From Schizochytrium sp. TIO01 (taxonomy: Eukaryota > Protista > Bigyra: Labyrinthulomycetes): DNA of 64,000 nt. Shown one piece after another: positions 30,251-42,532 of this stretch (its first letter is position 1; every line of letters begins with the position of its first letter). The stretch covers positions 61,638-125,637 of the forward strand of contig SMSO01000011.1 of the NCBI GenBank assembly GCA_004764695.1. The letters are read 5' to 3'. The notes beneath the pieces are model-generated. The model saw only the letters and a list, made by a program, of their open reading frames with translations, made no database searches and was not told the origin of the DNA. Position numbers and translations under genes: made by a program.

Positions 30251-31840
30251 CCTCACTGTTGTGTGTGATGTATCCGGTACCTCTCCAGCTGCTAAGTAGT
30301 TCCAGTACAAAAGAAGATACAAATACACATGTACGATACTACTTCGGGTTGCGCAGACTACCCAGGTACTAGTGCCTGCTAGAGAGAATTATGAGACAAA
30401 AAGACACTGGCATAACGTTGAACCAATCCTTCTTTCTTGTACTAATGTGAGAGAAGAGGCGAAAGAGGCAGCTTCTACCTACTTCCCCATCTAGTACCTG
30501 GGTAGGTGGTGAATCATCTCATCTGTTTTTGTGCCTCTCATCATTAATTAATTAAGTAGGAGGCATCGAGGCTGAAATAAAACGTTGAAGAGTAGGTACT
30601 AGGCTCAAGGTCGCTGTATCGCGTGCATTGTAATGGATCGGAAAATTCGACTGGTCAATGCTGAAAATAAAACATATGTGTATGATGACATGATAGCCTC
30701 GTGATTGGTGTAGTCCTGCAAGATCGAATCCAACATGGGGTGTAACACTTCACATTCACCATTGTGGACTATAGAGGTTTAGCATCATGGTGGGTCCTAG
30801 TATGCAACTCAACTGGTTGAGGTGGTTGTTTTCTGCATTTCCAAGTACGTTAGAATTCCAGCAGTCCGATTTGTGATCATATAAAGTGCTACTCATGTAT
30901 CTGCCAAATTTATGAGAAGCTGAAGGTTATCCAGTGACCTAAATAGAATCGACTCGTAACACTTCGATTTTCTTACGTCGTTATCACATAGGTCTAAAAG
31001 AGTAAGTTTGTCCACACACAAGGAACAGTCTGTGTACCTGTATGAAATAAATATCCTAGAACACGGCTTTGGGCAAATAAACAAAAAAGAAATATGAGTG
31101 CGAGGAAATAAAAGGCACACAGTATAATCATGTGCAAATCTACCATGTAATCAAAATCATCACTGCTTGGTTGCTCGTGATTCCGTAAAAGACAGATAAT
31201 CTTGGAATACAATCAGAGACGTTAACTTTATGTTCTGTCTAGGTTGGTACACCAATGCAAGAGTTTGCGTGCGTATTCGCTAGTATCTTGCATGCTACGC
31301 TTTAAATTTGCAGCGGCAACAAAGACAGTGGGGCTCCGAAGCTCAGTCAATTCAAACTGTAAAGAGTTTGAGAGGTGAGGAAGAAAGGTTATGCCAGAGA
31401 CACGAACAGTGGTGCCTATACAAATTGATTCCTAGCTTGCCACCCGAGCTTGAGGATTATTTGGGACTTCCTTCAATGACTAGCAACTCTCCATCATATG
31501 ACGACGGTCTTGTTTTGACTTAAGTTCAAACCTTCAACAAAGAGGATTTCAAGAGTGGTTTCTGGCAATGACTTCTGAGTGTGGGGAGTGGTGCACTGTC
31601 AAGGAAGTACTTCGCACCCCATGATGCTTTGTGGGTGGGTACCTAGGTACAACAAGAAAATAGCAAGAAGAAATGAAGAATCCAAAGAAAAATTAAAAGA
31701 TAGAAGTTTTCATCGTAGTAAAGTCTGCTACTGCCACTATTCTGAGAGAGATAGATATATAGAGAGAGGGACCCTGGCTAGCCGGTGTAGTACATTCAAT
31801 CATTCATGTGCAAAGTTGCACTGGAGAAATTGTTCTCAAC

Positions 31841-33406
31841 TTAAGAAGCGACGGAGTCAATGTCTTCAAAGTTCTCCTCGTCCTCAGGGTTATCCTGCAT
31901 AGCGAAAGCCACAAAGTTGGGGGAGTGGCAGTGGTACAAGTTGTTGGTGAATTTGAGCTTTCCATCCGAAAGGTTGAAGCGGAAGACAGCGAGGGAATCA
32001 CTGTCCTGGTTGGCAACAATAAGATACTGACCGGTAGGATCGTATTGGTAGTGACGCGGGGTCTCACCACGGGTGTGGAAAAATCCAACGAGACTGAGCT
32101 TACCGCCCTGCTTCGGGTTCACGCGGAATACAGCAAGACTGTTGTGGCCACGGTTCGAGACAATGACATAGAGACCCGAAGGGTGGATGGCAATGCGGCC
32201 ACACGTGTTGAGGCTCTTGGGGAATGCCTCCGGAATAGTTGCAATTTTGTGGTATGGTGTGAGTGTCGAGTGGAAGCCCTGTCCCACGACATCCTCGCCA
32301 GACTGGAGCGCAGCAATGCGACCTAGCTTCTCGCGATCAACACGGAAGACCGCAACCTCGGAGCCAATTTCGTTGATCACATAGCACACGGGCAAAGTCG
32401 GGTGGAACTCAATGTAGCGAGGTCCATGGGCACGGCCTGCAGCACCAACGCGGATATCTGAAAGCCATGTTAGCTCACCAGTGTCACGGTTGAAATGAAG
32501 TTCGTGGATGGTATCAGTACCGAGATCGGGCACATAGGCTACGCATCCGTAAAATGGCTCGAGCACAACAGCGTGCGTGTGCGGGTCTTTCTGACGTTCA
32601 CGCTGCGCGGCCTCGTCATTCAGGGAGTGGTTAACATGCTTGGTGTGAGACACGTTCATGACATCGGCGCCTGCAGCAGCGGGACCCTTGGGGTGGTAGA
32701 TGCTGCATGCCTTCTCGAGCGCTCCGGTCTCTTGATTGATGGGCATGGACACAACCTGGGAGCTCCAGTAGTTGACCACAAGCATGAAGCGTTGCGCCTT
32801 GTCGATGGTAAGATAGCACGTGGAGCGACCTTGCGCATCCACATCGCCAAGCTTGGTCATGCGACCTGTGGTTGGGTTCACGTAGTAAGAGACGACGCGA
32901 CCATTCTCGGAGAGACTCTCAGTGCAAGAGTACATGACGTTGCGGGCAGGGTGCATACGAGTAAATGCAGGGTTCTTGTTGCCAGACTCGACACTGAGAA
33001 GAGTCATACTGCCATCCTGCACGTCAAGACGGTAGGTACGGAGCGTGTAAATTGCCTCGGTACCGCGGGGGCCATGAGCAAGGTCTCCGAAATCATTGTA
33101 CGATGCCACAATGACCAATGGGTTCACATCCGAGAGTGCGGGGGGACGACGAATTGGCTGCTTGGCAAGAACTGCCTCGAGATCCTCCCACGTTTGGGCT
33201 GTAGGGTTTTCTACAACGCTCATTTTCTTCTTGGGTCTCAACCAAGGCAATTTCGCGAGGTCTCTTGCGTTTGGGTTTTGGTTGCTTTTCGACTCCTCCG
33301 TTTGGTGTAAGTCTTGTTCTGTATTATTGCTTTGCCGCTGCTCCTCGAGTTGCGGGTTTGCTACACTCGCCGCGCTTGCAATTCCATTTGCTGTTGACAT
33401 TTTCAT
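31841..33406 (-). CDS. Lactonase-family 7-bladed beta-propeller (6-phosphogluconolactonase Pgl/YbhE-like), 521 aa
   Basis: Motifs NPAF, VVNYWS, RQKDPHTHAV, VPDLGTD, GPRYIEFHP, YVINE, VSNRGHNSLAVF, GETPRH, VANQDSD; strong codon bias. Confidence 0.88.
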   Translation of the reverse strand: MKMSTANGIASAASVANPQLEEQRQSNNTEQDLHQTEESKSNQNPNARDLAKLPWLRPKKKMSVVENPTAQTWEDLEAVLAKQPIRRPPALSDVNPLVIVASYNDFGDLAHGPRGTEAIYTLRTYRLDVQDGSMTLLSVESGNKNPAFTRMHPARNVMYSCTESLSENGRVVSYYVNPTTGRMTKLGDVDAQGRSTCYLTIDKAQRFMLVVNYWSSQVVSMPINQETGALEKACSIYHPKGPAAAGADVMNVSHTKHVNHSLNDEAAQRERQKDPHTHAVVLEPFYGCVAYVPDLGTDTIHELHFNRDTGELTWLSDIRVGAAGRAHGPRYIEFHPTLPVCYVINEIGSEVAVFRVDREKLGRIAALQSGEDVVGQGFHSTLTPYHKIATIPEAFPKSLNTCGRIAIHPSGLYVIVSNRGHNSLAVFRVNPKQGGKLSLVGFFHTRGETPRHYQYDPTGQYLIVANQDSDSLAVFRFNLSDGKLKFTNNLYHCHSPNFVAFAMQDNPEDEENFEDIDSVAS

Positions 33407-36059
33407 GCCTGTTGAGTGCTAGATAAACAATACCTAATAGTAGTCGTAAAAAGTTCTAGGCGGTGGATGATCTTGGACAGTGATCGAACTATCAATCGAC
33501 AAATTCAGCCCTGCTCCCAACTCCTCCCGACAACTTGCAGCAGGAGGACTTCAATGAACTACTACTAAGTGGTGGCTAGGTTCCTCCTACCTAGTACAGG
33601 AACTTCGAAGCAACAAATAAGATAGGACTGCTTGTTCTCTTTCAGACCAGCCGCTTCAAGTTCCCTCCTATCTACCTCCTTCTGCTACCTAGATACTTCC
33701 GTCGCTCACTTCGCTTTGCTTTTCTTTTTATTACGGTGTACACAAAATAATAAAAAGAAAGCAACCAACTAACTAACTAGCTAGCTACCTAACTAACTAA
33801 CCAACCAACCAACTAACAAGTCAGCTAGCTAGCTAGCTACCTAGGAGTGCCAGTGGTGGACAACAGCCCTTCCGTCTCCTCTGGGCCCTCGCACTCTCAA
33901 AGTCAGATCAATCGCTTTCCAGCAAAGACCTGAGCAGACCAGACAAGACAGACTTGTCACAAGGCCAGCGACCTCGCCGCGTGCTTGCCTCTGCTGGCAA
34001 ACTTGGCAAGTACTTACTGGCTGTCGCTACCTGCTCTCGTCTACACTCTCAGGTCCAAACGCAGCCAACTTGCGACTTGGCCGTCCTTCCTCCCTTGCGA
34101 AGGTCTCTTTCTCCTCGCCTCCGCCTCTGTCTGAATCGCAGTCCAAGGCTAGCGCACTCCTAGCTATAGATAGCGCACTCCTAGCTGACTATAGAGTGAG
34201 TGATGAGCAGAACAACAGCAGAGACCGTCGAAGAGTTCTTTTGCTTGCTTTGTGCTTGCACGCGAAGGTTTCCCTCCGATGCCCGTGCCCAAGGATGCAA
34301 ATGAGAGTGGCTTGCTCCAGACCGTGACCAGCTAGCTCTGTGCAGACCGTCTTCCCTTCCAGGTGGTGGGTACTGTCGCTCCTTTGTCGCAGTTCTTGCT
34401 GTGGCTCTTGGAGCTGCTGCCTTTGTTGCTGCTGCTGATGTTGTTGCTGCTGCTGTTGAGAAGTTGGCGAGGTCTGGTTGCTGCTGCCGTGCACTCGATA
34501 GAGATGTCCGGAGAGGATTGAAGAAAACGCAGCCAGGCCAAGGTCAAAAGTTGTGACCCACCTCCAGTCGAGTTCGACGGGATCTTCGCCGGTCTCAACC
34601 TTGCTCTGCACGACCTCTTCGGGTACCAACCGGGGGCGCACCGTCTGTTTCTCAAGCTCCTGCTCTTCAACCTGACAGATAAATATCGATTCCAAAACCA
34701 AGAATCGGCAGGTAGGAAGCTCAAGCAAACTGAGCCAAAGGCGCCAGTGCGACCTCGGGGTGTCCTCAGGCCGTGGCTTTGCTTGGGCAGAGCTAATCTC
34801 TCGAACTTGAGCGCGCGTGCGAAGAATCGCAAGACGGAGAATCGATCACTGCGTTTCTTTTGATGTACTGTTCTGTTGTAAGAGAAAATGAGTTTGTTTG
34901 CTCTTAGAACGATACGCTTTCTTTATAGAAGAAAGAAGAAAAGTCGTCGATGGACGCTCGCTATCCTCGACCCAAGTTCGACGCTCGCTCTGCTCTTGGG
35001 CGGCCTACTTCGTCTGCAATTGCAGGTACAGACCCTACCAACAAGACCCCTCTCGACTGGACCACCGGCCACTCCTGCGTTGCCGGGTGTGCGGGACCTT
35101 CGCAGGCCAAAGTACCGTGCAACGCGAAGAAACGCTTTGCTTTGCTTTGCAATGCAATGCAAAGCAATGAAAAATATGGAAAGCACTCGGGCTGCTCTCC
35201 TTCCTCCCTTCCTCGCCTTCACTCCGCTCCCTCTCTCTCCGGGTGCCCGCTCTTCCACACGCTCTTCCGCTCTTTGGCCTGCTCGTCTCTCTGGCTCGCC
35301 GCCTCGATTTGTTTCTGCCGCCTGCCGCAGACAAGTCGGGACAGCCGTCCCAATCGGCGCTCGCAATTCACTCAATCGTTGACCATCTTGAAACGCTTTG
35401 AACGAACTTGAACTCAGTCTATTCAAATGGGATTCCGTCGGTCAACTTAAATAGTACTGCATTTATTATCATCATACTTATTCATTTTATTTTAAGTAAT
35501 TAATAAAAATGGAAATTGAAAATAAGTCTTCAACTTGATAAGATAAAAACGCAATTTTTATTTCTTTTCTTTTCTTTTCTTTCCTTTCCTTTCCTTTTCT
35601 TTTCAACACCTAGTTATTTTCAGGTATTCTTCTTCTCAGTTGAAAAAGAAGAGAAAGGAAAACAAGAGATAAGTAAGGAAAGGAAAGCAGCAGCACTTTC
35701 AGGCTTTTCTTCTTATGTGGGATCAGAGATTCCTTTTCCCCGCAATGTAACAGTCAGTAAAATCCACTAAACAGAAGTCTTTCATTGGCTAGTACTTATA
35801 TTAAAAAAAAAAAATTAAAAATGAATGGGGAAAAAGAGAAGAAATTATCGATTTACTCGCGTATGCACCAGAGGATCCAGGACGCGTGCTTGCTACTTTG
35901 AATCAGATACAGGTATGGCTGAGGACACGCTTGCATGCGGCAGTTTGTATGTTGAGGGGGCCGATGTGGATCGCAAGCTTGCTCGCTGGCTCGCTTCCTC
36001 GATCAGTAATTAGGTACTTTGAGTTGCACTTTATCCTATGCGACTTCACTTTGTTTGCT

Positions 36060-36178
36060 AGTACCCTCGAAGTAATCCGGCCTAAATAAATACAGGCAGA
36101 CAGCTTTTGATCAAAGTGTAGTACCCTCGAAGTAATCCGGCCTAAATAAATACAGGCAGACAGCTTTTGATCAAAGTG
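36060..36178. repeat. Perfect ~60-bp tandem duplication
   Basis: AGTACCCTCGAAGTAATCCGGCCTAAATAAATACAGGCAGACAGCTTTTGATCAAAGTG occurs twice, 60 bp apart. Confidence 0.95.
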
Positions 36179-39100
36179 CTGCAGCCGCCGGTTTAGCCCA
36201 AGAAAGTGCAGCTCATACATTCCCTTGGCTCCGGGTCTTATGAGTTTGGGGCTTTTACAGGGTGAAACTCTAGCTTGGGACTGATTGCCGTTGGCGTTCG
36301 TCGTGATTTTGAGGAAGTCCGCGTTACCAAGGTTGTTATCTTTGATCGATGTAGTAGAGTTATCGTCGCCTGGTACTTTGGCTCGCTTTCTATTCGCCGA
36401 AAGTACCTCGGTCGGTAGGTACTTTAATAAGCGTTCTCAAATCGCTCTTGGAGGGCTGAAGAGCCTGGGATCACCAATAAACTTTGACTCAGGCAAATCA
36501 TTCAAGATGTCGATGCACTTTAAACGTTACAGAGACCATGTTCACCAGTACTGTCACATGTATTTACAATAGATATGTTCGCGACGGTTGGTGCTAAAAA
36601 GTCTCCGACGTTCTACATAGACATTGGGCACTGCCACCATCCTGGAGCCATAGCCTGTTTTGATCGAAAGTGCACTGCTTAGGAGTGCCGGTAATTGCAA
36701 TTCTGAAACGCAATACTAGATCTTCGGCCCACCAAGCCAAGTCAAGGTCGCGACGGGCTCGGACTCTGACTTCATGTATTTATTTTACGCGGCCCGATAC
36801 CGTTGGTTACTGTTCTGACGATGCAGGAAGGTTTATGACCAGGGGTAGTAGCTTCGGAATTCACGAGCTCTCGAGGTTGTGCACAGATATGTGGACAGAT
36901 TGTGCATTGTTTTGCACATTTCTTTTCACTTTGCCTGGTGTGCGCTGATAATCTGTAGAACCATATTTCTTAAAGCGGTCTTTGCTGCTGTGTACTGACG
37001 ACACAATAGCAAGCACAATAAATATCGAATGAGCTATAGGTATAAAGGTCAGTAGGTGTCGGCGCTTGGGTGTTCTTGCATCCACTGCACAACGCTCCAA
37101 GACCCCGTGTGCCAATGCTACAAATAGATCCGTGTCATGCTCCGCGACATGAAGGCACCAGGTCTCTTCCATAGACACATATCTCTTTAGCCCCGGGTTA
37201 TCTCCACGTTCTGTAATATGCACAAGTCCCAGAAATATAGATTCAGGTGCAAGTCCTCTTCGCGTGCTGTAAAAGTTCATGGGCACACGTATATTAGATC
37301 TGAGTGAACATCAAGGATCAAATTCGCGTCGCCGCTTCGTGGAGATTACAGCGACCACCGAGCTATCTGTGTAGAGGTTTAGCACGACATCTTCGACCTC
37401 GGCAGAGTGGCATACGAAGAACTGCTTTCTTTGTCCATGATTCTGCTCCAATCATAAGTCCTGTAGTTGTGCGGGTCTTGGTGACGCTTATGATGCAAGC
37501 GAAACCTGTACGAAATGTCTGCACACCTGATAAACAAAAGCTTGCGTGTTGAAATTACATCCGGCGCCTCAGGTGCACTAGCTAGTACCTACCTATAGAG
37601 TATGTTACACAGTGGGCAAATTGGACAACCCGAACTTTGGAGGTCTTAGATCTCAGACTTTCGCTTCGGCTGAATTTAGATACCTGCAACTTGATAGAAC
37701 TCATTCGAGCTTTCTCTTTTTGCACTTTTACGCATCGATCTTTGCAGTATATTGGGGCTACTGCAAAGTGTATCTTGAGTTTGACCTGCAGATTGCGAGA
37801 ATTCAGGGAACTACACAGTTTGTGGCGAGCGAGAAGTTATGGACCAGGATCGCACTGTTTGTATGGATCAAGAGCTTTCATTTACCGCAATACGTACTGT
37901 GTTGAACCTAATTGATTCCTTTGCCCCAGCAGAAGATTCTAAGTGAAGCTAGTGGGCTGACTGCCCTGCAATGCCCAAACAAGTTTGGCCTTGGTGCATT
38001 GTTAAGGCTTTCCCAAGTAAAGGTATAATCTAAAGGTTTGTGTGAAAGAAGAAAGACAGTTGTTTTTGATTCAAGATCTTGGTATATAAAAACTTGAATA
38101 TTTTTAATTTTATCTTTCAAGTTTGTTTAAAAAGAAAGAAATACTTGTAAATAATTAATTATTCTATTATTTTTATTTTCATAACTTTTCAAGTTTGGAA
38201 AAGAAGAAGAAGAGGAAAAAGATGGTGACCAATTGAGATTGGACAACTTTAAATGTCTCCTGCGACTGATGAAGGAGGCGCATAACGGAAGTGACAAACT
38301 GTATGCACCCAGATCTTATGAGCCCCCCCATGCCTTTTAACAAATGAAAACCCAGGGAACCTCGGCAACCTTCTCAAGGTTTGCTATCCCATTTTCTGCG
38401 CAGACTGTTGCTATGAGTTGTCCAATCGATCTTTGAAAATATGTTGGTTAAAATAAAATGTATACCTCTATAAGGGGTAGTTCCCCAGGCTCAGTTTTTT
38501 TCCCCCCCTTTTTTTTTTTTTTCATACCAAAGTTTCCATAAAATAAACTATTAAAAGTGTTGAAAACGAAAGAAGAAAAGGGAATTAATATCGCAGACGT
38601 CAAGGGTGCTACCAAAAGCACTGTCGAGCAAAACCTTACTTCTGCTACTTATTACTACTCAGACCGTTTTGTTGCCAGGTATCGATAAGGTTGTACAAAA
38701 GTCAAGTGCTATCAAATTATAAAAGTCCAGATTCACTTCAGTGTGGCGAAGAGCCGCCTATGTACTACAAAGTCCTATGGTTTTCGCTTCTAATTCTCTC
38801 GTTGCAGTTCTGTGTTGTTGGGTGCCTCATTTTGGAACTTCAACAATGCCGTCTTTTTGTCTACAAAAGCAGCTCGAATTGTCATCGTAGTTCCACTTGG
38901 GCCCTCATCGTGCAAAGCTTGAAGTCAAAACCTTTCGTTCGACCCTATGCGTTCCAGATCAACATAAACTCGTCGCAACAGGCCAAAGCCACGAGCTTCC
39001 ATCAAGCAATACCCGCGCAAAATAATTTCTCATCTTATGCAATGATCAGCGCGGCGGCGTGCGAAGACCAACTGAATCATCCCTCATCGTGCCAAGCCAT

Positions 39101-41079
39101 TCACATGCTCGAACAAACAAACAAACAATCAAATAAACAAACAATCAAACAAACCAGAACCAAAGCCAACGAAAAGAACAGGAACATTGGAAAACCCTCA
39201 AGAAAACTCGACTACTTCCTGCCATTGCGGCAGTATACCACCCACCCAAGTTCGTTATCATCGCGTTCAGGCCTTTGCTTTGCCGGTCTCAACATGTTCC
39301 AGGAACGCGCTCGCTCGGGCAGAACTCGGTCTCCATGCAGTCCGCGGGCGGCATTATAAGTGCTGTTGAATCAACCCATTGCCAACTAAGCTCGAGGTCT
39401 CTGCCCAAGGGCTACCTACCATAAGATGACAGCGAGGAATCAGATCGCTGCGCACAGTTCTCTCCTTCGACCCGCTTACGCCAGAGCGTGTCGCGAATAA
39501 ATGAATCAATGAATCAATGAATCAATGAATCAATGAATCAATCAATTCATCAATCGCTGTGCACAAGCTCCGACAGCTTTGGCGGCGTTGGCGGCACGCG
39601 GGGCGGCTCTTTATTTCTGACCAATGCTGCGAACCACGAGTCCGCTGCGAATTAGCAGTGGAACTCAATCATGATGTGCACATCTTCGCTGACTTGGGTC
39701 TGTCTATCAGAAAGGGCGCCCTACTATGCCATGGTATCTTTCATTCTATGCATGAGAATTGTGGCTCTCGAGGTGCGCACTGGGTACAACACTTAGAAAG
39801 AACGATGAGAATGATGGGAATGATGGGACCTGGATAACTGACTGTTGTCAGATTGTCAATACCATCATCCTACAATCCTCCGAAGCCGCGGCGGCTTTTG
39901 GGTCGAAGTTGGACAACGGGAGGCTCAATAGCTACGAAAGAAAGTTCTACGAAAGAAAATTCTGGTATGCTTTGGCAGGGCTTGAAGAAAGATCGCAACA
40001 TCATCGGCTCAGACAAGCCTTCTGAAATTTCAGGTACATCATGATACCTACTCGTATGCCGCTAGAAGTTAGGCCTCAGAGCAGACAAAGTCGCGACTGC
40101 AAAAGTCAGAAATTTTAGCTTTCGAAGCAGGTCTAGATTGCAGCCAAGGCTTCTTTCTTTCTGCCCCGCTCGGCGCTCGGTTCAATTCTGATGCGCTCAT
40201 GAGCGGCCTGGGCACAGCAGAACTCCGGAAACTAGTATCCAGACACCTTCTTGAAAGCTTGCCGCAGCAGGGCCCTGATGGCCTCAGCAAGAGGTTTTAT
40301 GGATCATCGTAGCCACTCTTCAGAGTCTGGCGCTCGCGAAGAGTTACATTAAATCAGAGATTGATTTCCCGATAAAGCAACTTCAGCAAAAGGAAGCCGT
40401 GATCGAGGAGAAGGACCCGAACCGTGAGAACTTTGAAGCAAAGATCTTCTCCTTTCCAATTGTAAGAACGGAATTTATCACAGCATCTCATCTCCTTTTG
40501 TGAGAAGGTTCCCACCTTCCATGGAAGTGCGCAATTTGAACCTGCTGAGATAGCTCACGCCGCTCTCTTTTCAAAGCAATCCTCGCCATATGCGTGAAAA
40601 ATACAGGTATTGCTGATATGTTTCACCACCCAAGTCGGGGATTGATAGGAGCCATAGTGAGCGAGGTTGACGTGTTAAACGATTGTTCTGGCATGAATTT
40701 TATGAGCCCTGGTTTGATATTCCAATACGTACTACCTCTGCCTCCTCACTCTGCCTAGTGATAGTGAGGGAGTATGCCTTCTTACCTAGGTATGTATGTA
40801 CTACCTCTGTACTTACCTGTCTTCTCACCGCACTTCCAAGACAAAGCACTATCACCTTTCCGCTCTTCTTGAAGGTCTGCTTCTCCATGATATAAGTACT
40901 GTTGGACGCCTACTCTGCCAACTTGGGCCTGCTATGAACACAGCTTTGCATCGACATTGATAACTTGTCAATCCAGTTCCTGCGCCCCCAGGAAGAGAGC
41001 ACTACGTAGCTAGCTACCTCTAGAGGCACACCAGGAAAATGAAGTCTTTGATTTTCCGTCAGCGCACACCCATCGATGA

Positions 41080-41240
41080 AGGTCAGAAATAACTTAAAGC
41101 CAGCGACTAGCCCGAAGCGGCAAGATCGTGGTCATCTCCAAGATTGCTGACTTTGGTCCAATGAAAGATATGCCGCAGTTACGAATCACCGCGACGAACT
41201 CTGAATTTGTATGTCTCCAGTTCAAGTTGTTTGTGAACGT
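41080..41240 (+). pseudogene. Possible heavily decayed protein-kinase fragment
   Basis: Three kinase-like motifs occur in the correct order but in shifting frames: RNNLKPAT (cf. HRDLKPxN), SKIADFG and CMSPVQ (cf. YMSPEQ). Confidence 0.4.
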
Positions 41241-41868
41241 TCAAAGTTATTTGTCTCTTTAACGAATCGGCGCCACTGCATTTACACGAGGAACCAGGGC
41301 AGAACCCCTAATGCACAGCGCAACAAGTCCGGCCAAGCCTTTGAAACTGCGACTGCGCTGTCCCCTTTGGCATCTTCAGTGGCATTGTCGTAAGGGAAGA
41401 GGCGCCTTTTCACTCGAACCGCAGGTGCGTCTCGAAGAAATGCTACGACTAGTAGGTCCGGCGACCTGGGACTCTTTGAACGTCCCATTCTTCAAGGTGC
41501 GAAAGTGAGATCAACAATACGAAGAGATGCAGATGCACTGAGGAGCCAGTAGAACATGGGATCAATAGTTGGGGAACACGCAGGTCAGCTGCGCAGTTGG
41601 CAGCAGGTCAAGGACCCTCGAAAATATACCACTTGCAGAACAAGCGCCCAAGCACGTAGGACTGCACCACCCAGCAGCAGACCCGAAACTTCTTTCGTTC
41701 TACAACAGCGAGAGACACAGCAACAACTGCACTAGACAGCAAACCCAGAAAGAGCCAAGGCAGACAGACAGACAGCAAGCAGCAGTCAGGTGCCTTCTTG
41801 AGCGAAAGTTGGCCAACCAGGAAAGGCAGGAATTGTCTAGAGACCACAAAGGAACTACACCTCTGCGC

Positions 41869-42093
41869 ATGGCCAAGATCCTACCCAAGGGACAGTCTAA
41901 CTCCAGCAAGATTTCCCGTGCCAAGCCCATCAACGAGAAACTTATTCTGGAGGATCCAGAGGAGGCACTTCGCCTCGCCCTAGGACTTCCCAAGACGTAC
42001 AAGAAGATTGAATCCAAGGATGCAAATGATAAAACCCGCAATGGCAAGAAGCTCATCAAGCGCAAGAATGCCGGAAACACACGGAACAAGTAG
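41869..42093 (+). CDS. Hypothetical small basic protein (74 aa)
   Basis: ATG-started part of ORF 41569-42093 with C/G-ending codon bias (MAKILPKGQS...). No recognisable domain. Confidence 0.35.
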   Translation: MAKILPKGQSNSSKISRAKPINEKLILEDPEEALRLALGLPKTYKKIESKDANDKTRNGKKLIKRKNAGNTRNK

Positions 42094-42532
42094 TTGTTAT
42101 GCACGCATAGTTACAAATACATTAATCATTTTCCCCTGTCAAATTGAACTGGCCTCCATCGCATCAACAGCACATACCTAGTCAACTTAAGCCTTCTTGA
42201 CTCGAGTGATTCATCCAGAAATCTATAATGTTATTTGCATCATAGATTTCTGGATATTACATTGTACATGCTACATGCGCATACCTAGGCACCTGATGCT
42301 TAATAGAAGAAAGAGCACCGAAGAAATAAATATACACAGGGCAAATTTGCTGCCTCAGAGAAACAGCTTCACGGTTCACTACTCACAAATGTGGTATTTG
42401 GTATTTGACTTCGCCACATGGATTACCACATAGTAGATCCTAGTGGAGTATTCTATGTACTTATAAATAATCTTAGGATTAGTAATTGCACATAAGATGA
42501 TGAACTAGCCGAATCCCAATAATCTCCCCAAA

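Noticed and set aside
29365-30328. ORFs rich in CLFV, KQTN, ETET or SVSV
   Set aside because: They are translations of microsatellites.
33954-35426. Cluster of overlapping ORFs including a poly-Gln stretch
   Set aside because: No recognisable domain or consistent frame. It could be UTR or regulatory sequence upstream of the lactonase gene; I cannot support a CDS call.
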